Under the pieces are notes generated by a model. The model was given only the letters and a program-made list of their open reading frames with translations. It searched no databases and was not told where the DNA came from. Below, piece after piece: positions 23,900 to 26,008 of a stretch of DNA of 26,008 nucleotides. The position numbers and the translations under genes were made by a program. The stretch comes from Alphaproteobacteria bacterium (GTDB lineage Bacteria > Pseudomonadota > Alphaproteobacteria > Rs-D84 > NBLK01): contig JAFGXE010000065.1 of the NCBI GenBank assembly GCA_016936785.1, forward strand, positions 1 through 26,008. The letters run 5' to 3'. Position 1 is the stretch's first letter. The number at the start of each line of letters is the position of its first letter.

Positions 23900-24214
23900 A
23901 TGTTGTCAATCATTACAAAGAATTTAGCGGGCTTCTTAGCTGTTTTTTGCGTCGTTTTCTTTGCGAGTCAAGGAGCGTTTGCTGATGTTTCTGATATCGT
24001 GACTCAAGCGAGTGCAATTTTTACAAAGATTAAGCCTTTGATTTTTGTGGCAGCTGCAATCTGGCTTGTGTATACGGGAATAAAAGGTGTTATTGCAGGA
24101 ACGATCGATTGGAATGAGGTTTTAAAAGTGATTGGTCCATTATTCCTTGTTCTTATTGCTGGATATCTTGTTGAAATATTTTCTGGTGGTAAAGCAGATG
24201 TTTACTTCGAATAA
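23900..24214 (+). CDS. VirB2/TrbC-like pilin
   Basis: 104 aa. A long signal peptide (GAFA|D) is followed by two hydrophobic helices separated by 'G...AG..DW', the VirB2/TrbC architecture. Confidence 0.65.
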   Translation: MLSIITKNLAGFLAVFCVVFFASQGAFADVSDIVTQASAIFTKIKPLIFVAAAIWLVYTGIKGVIAGTIDWNEVLKVIGPLFLVLIAGYLVEIFSGGKADVYFE

Positions 24215-24232
24215 GAATATTAAAGATTTTAT

Positions 24233-24262
24233 AAAAGAGAGACATTGTCTCTCTTTTTTTTT
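24233..24262 (+). terminator. Rho-independent terminator after the pilin-like gene
   Basis: AAAAGAGAGAC-ATT-GTCTCTCTTTT followed by a T-run. Confidence 0.9.
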
Positions 24263-24266
24263 CATC

Positions 24267-24295
24267 TTGAAGATAAAATTTAAATTCGGTATAAC
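24267..24295 (+). promoter_or_regulatory. Promoter for lpxL-like/addA, leaderless geometry
   Basis: TTGAAG-N17-TATAAC, 6 nt before ATG 24302. Confidence 0.65.
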
Positions 24296-24301
24296 AAGGG
24301 T

Positions 24302-25375
24302 ATGTTTATAATAAGTCTTATTTTTTCGTTGTTTCCTGCTTATGTTTGGTGGGTGAAGCGTTGGGATTTCCTTAAGATTGGTCTTGGAGTCTCCTTTTTT
24401 ATTCTCGCAATATCTTTTTTGATGCCAATTGGAAGCGTCATTGGTTTGGGAATAGGGCTTATGCTTCTTCCATTCCAAGGTGAACCTTCCTTGCATCCGC
24501 ATCGTTCAAATCGAATCATGAACCGTTGGGTGAAGTATCCATTGGAAGGTCTTGGAATATGGTTTTTTTATCTTGTATTCAAATTGCTTCCTCTTAGCGT
24601 GGCTTCAAATTTTGGAGGATGGCTTGGAAAACAAATCGGTAAACGTCTTTCAAGTCGGAATCGTCTTGCACTGAAAAATATGGCGTATGTGATGTCTGAT
24701 CGGAAAAAAGATTTTCCAACTATTTTAGAAAAGATGTGGGAAAATTTTGGACGGACAGTTGGAGAAGTTGCTCATTTGAAAAAAATTGGATCTGAGTATT
24801 TGAAAATTGAAGGACTTGAAAACCTCAAAAAACTGCAAGGAAAGCCTTTTTTGATTGCGAATGCACATATCAATAGCATTGGGCTAATTTCTATGCCATT
24901 TGGGAAGGTTAATCAGCCAACTGCTGTGTTCTTTCGTCCACCGAATAACCCATTATCTTTTCCTGCTCTTTTAAAATTATTTGGGAATGACCTTTCAACA
25001 GTTTCTTTTCTCCCGAAAGGAAGAGAGGGAATGATGCAGGCGATTAAGAGTTTGCGAGACAACATTCCAGTGTCTATTACATCTGATCTACATATTGATA
25101 CGGGAGATCATTTGAAATTCATAGGAAAGCCGGCACAGACATCAACGGCTCTCTCCCGTTTATCTGCAAAGTTTAATTGTCCAATCTTGCCTATTCAAAT
25201 GGTGAGAGAAAAAGGTTTTAGACATCGGGTTATTATTCATTCTCCTATTTTGCCTTCTTCTGGAAAAGAAGAAGATATTCTACTGAATATGCAAAAGATA
25301 AATGACATAATTGGGGGATGGGTTAAAGACTATCCTGAACAATGGTTTTGGATCAATAATCGTTGGAATTTATGA
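24302..25375 (+). CDS. Lipid A late acyltransferase (LpxL/HtrB family) with an extra N-terminal membrane segment
   Basis: 'ASNFGGWLG', 'ALKNM', 'MWENFGRT..E', 'IEGLE', 'FRPPNNP' and 'YPEQWFWINNRW'. Confidence 0.85.
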   Translation: MFIISLIFSLFPAYVWWVKRWDFLKIGLGVSFFILAISFLMPIGSVIGLGIGLMLLPFQGEPSLHPHRSNRIMNRWVKYPLEGLGIWFFYLVFKLLPLSVASNFGGWLGKQIGKRLSSRNRLALKNMAYVMSDRKKDFPTILEKMWENFGRTVGEVAHLKKIGSEYLKIEGLENLKKLQGKPFLIANAHINSIGLISMPFGKVNQPTAVFFRPPNNPLSFPALLKLFGNDLSTVSFLPKGREGMMQAIKSLRDNIPVSITSDLHIDTGDHLKFIGKPAQTSTALSRLSAKFNCPILPIQMVREKGFRHRVIIHSPILPSSGKEEDILLNMQKINDIIGGWVKDYPEQWFWINNRWNL

Positions 25376-26008
25376 AGCAACATCTTATTCAAAAAGCGAC
25401 GGCTATTCAATCACAGGCGACTTTGCCTGAGCAATCTTTTTGGGTATCTGCCTCTGCTGGAACAGGAAAAACAACAATACTTGTCCGTCGGCTCGTGAGA
25501 TTGCTTTTGGATGGTGTAAAGCCCTCTCAAATTCTATGTTTAACATACACAAAAGTGGCTGCGAATGAAATGACAGAGCGACTTTTAAAAACACTCAAGT
25601 CATTTATTCTTTTATCCGAGGAAGCTCTTATCACGGAGTTGTTTCAATATGTTGATTGCCCTCATGACTATTTGAAAAGGGCTCGGACACTTTTTGTAGA
25701 AGTTCTTGATGAGCTTCATACGGTGAAAATACAAACAATCCATGCTTTTTGTCAGACAGTTCTTAAAAAATTCTCAGCAGAGGCAGAGCTTGATCCGAAT
25801 TTTTCAATGTTAGATGAAACTCAAGAACGTTTTTTTATTCAGAGAAGTTATGATCAACTGTTAGCACGGGCGTATAGTCCTCAGACTCAAGCTGATTCTC
25901 AACTGAGAGAGGCGTTTGAGCATATCTCTGGAGAAATGAGTGCATTTGCTTTTGAAACCTATAAGCGCGCGATTTTGTCAGAGCGTCGTCACTTTACACG
26001 GTTAGTAA
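25372..26008 (+). CDS. addA: Double-strand break repair helicase AddA, partial; runs off the window
   Basis: Hand translation: WVSASAGTGKT, ILCLTYTKVAANEM, IQTIHAFCQ..L..F..EA.LDP.F. Open to the window end, with an ATGA overlap with the lpxL-like gene. Confidence 0.9.
   Translation, partial: MKQHLIQKATAIQSQATLPEQSFWVSASAGTGKTTILVRRLVRLLLDGVKPSQILCLTYTKVAANEMTERLLKTLKSFILLSEEALITELFQYVDCPHDYLKRARTLFVEVLDELHTVKIQTIHAFCQTVLKKFSAEAELDPNFSMLDETQERFFIQRSYDQLLARAYSPQTQADSQLREAFEHISGEMSAFAFETYKRAILSERRHFTRLV

Noticed and set aside
24518-25375. Splitting the lpxL-like ORF at the internal Met (MNRWVKY)
   Set aside because: There is no stop or frameshift and no RBS before the internal ATG, while a good promoter points to 24302.
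1117-25594. The many 60-140 aa ORFs overlapping recognised genes (for example 1117-1323, 3065-3325, 8663-9064, 9378-9800, 11262-11684, 21524-21901, 24140-24502, 25403-25594)
   Set aside because: Each lies antisense or out of frame to a well-supported gene and shows no recognisable motif.

Overview
Low-GC, gene-dense chromosomal window from a Gram-negative bacterium. The gene set (rpsT, LpxI, AddA-type helicase, VirB-like genes) points to an alphaproteobacterium, possibly a small-genome host-associated lineage; this is inference. Core genes are rpsT, gpmI, a DEAD-box helicase, glyA, folD, a U32/TrhP-like protein, xseA, tsaD, lpxA, lpxI, lpxC, an M23 peptidase, ruvX, an LpxL-like acyltransferase and addA (partial), with gene order shuffled relative to model alphaproteobacteria. 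Embedded among them are four notable items. (1) A translationally coupled operon encoding a membrane-anchored NERD-like protein, an HNH-toxin-like domain that has lost its catalytic histidines, and an SMI1/KNR4 (SUKH) immunity-like protein. (2) A tandem locus of secreted Cys-rich paralogs with Arg/Ser/Gly-rich N-termini, plus a small glycine-zipper protein. (3) Scattered type IV secretion-like parts: VirB7-like and VirB8-like genes at the left edge and a solitary VirB2/TrbC-like pilin near the right. (4) An unlisted 47-aa His-loop membrane protein. Several genes appear to be leaderless, and REP-like palindromes lie between convergent genes. No tRNA, rRNA, CRISPR array or transposase was seen. 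Family calls come from motif recognition by eye, not from database searches.
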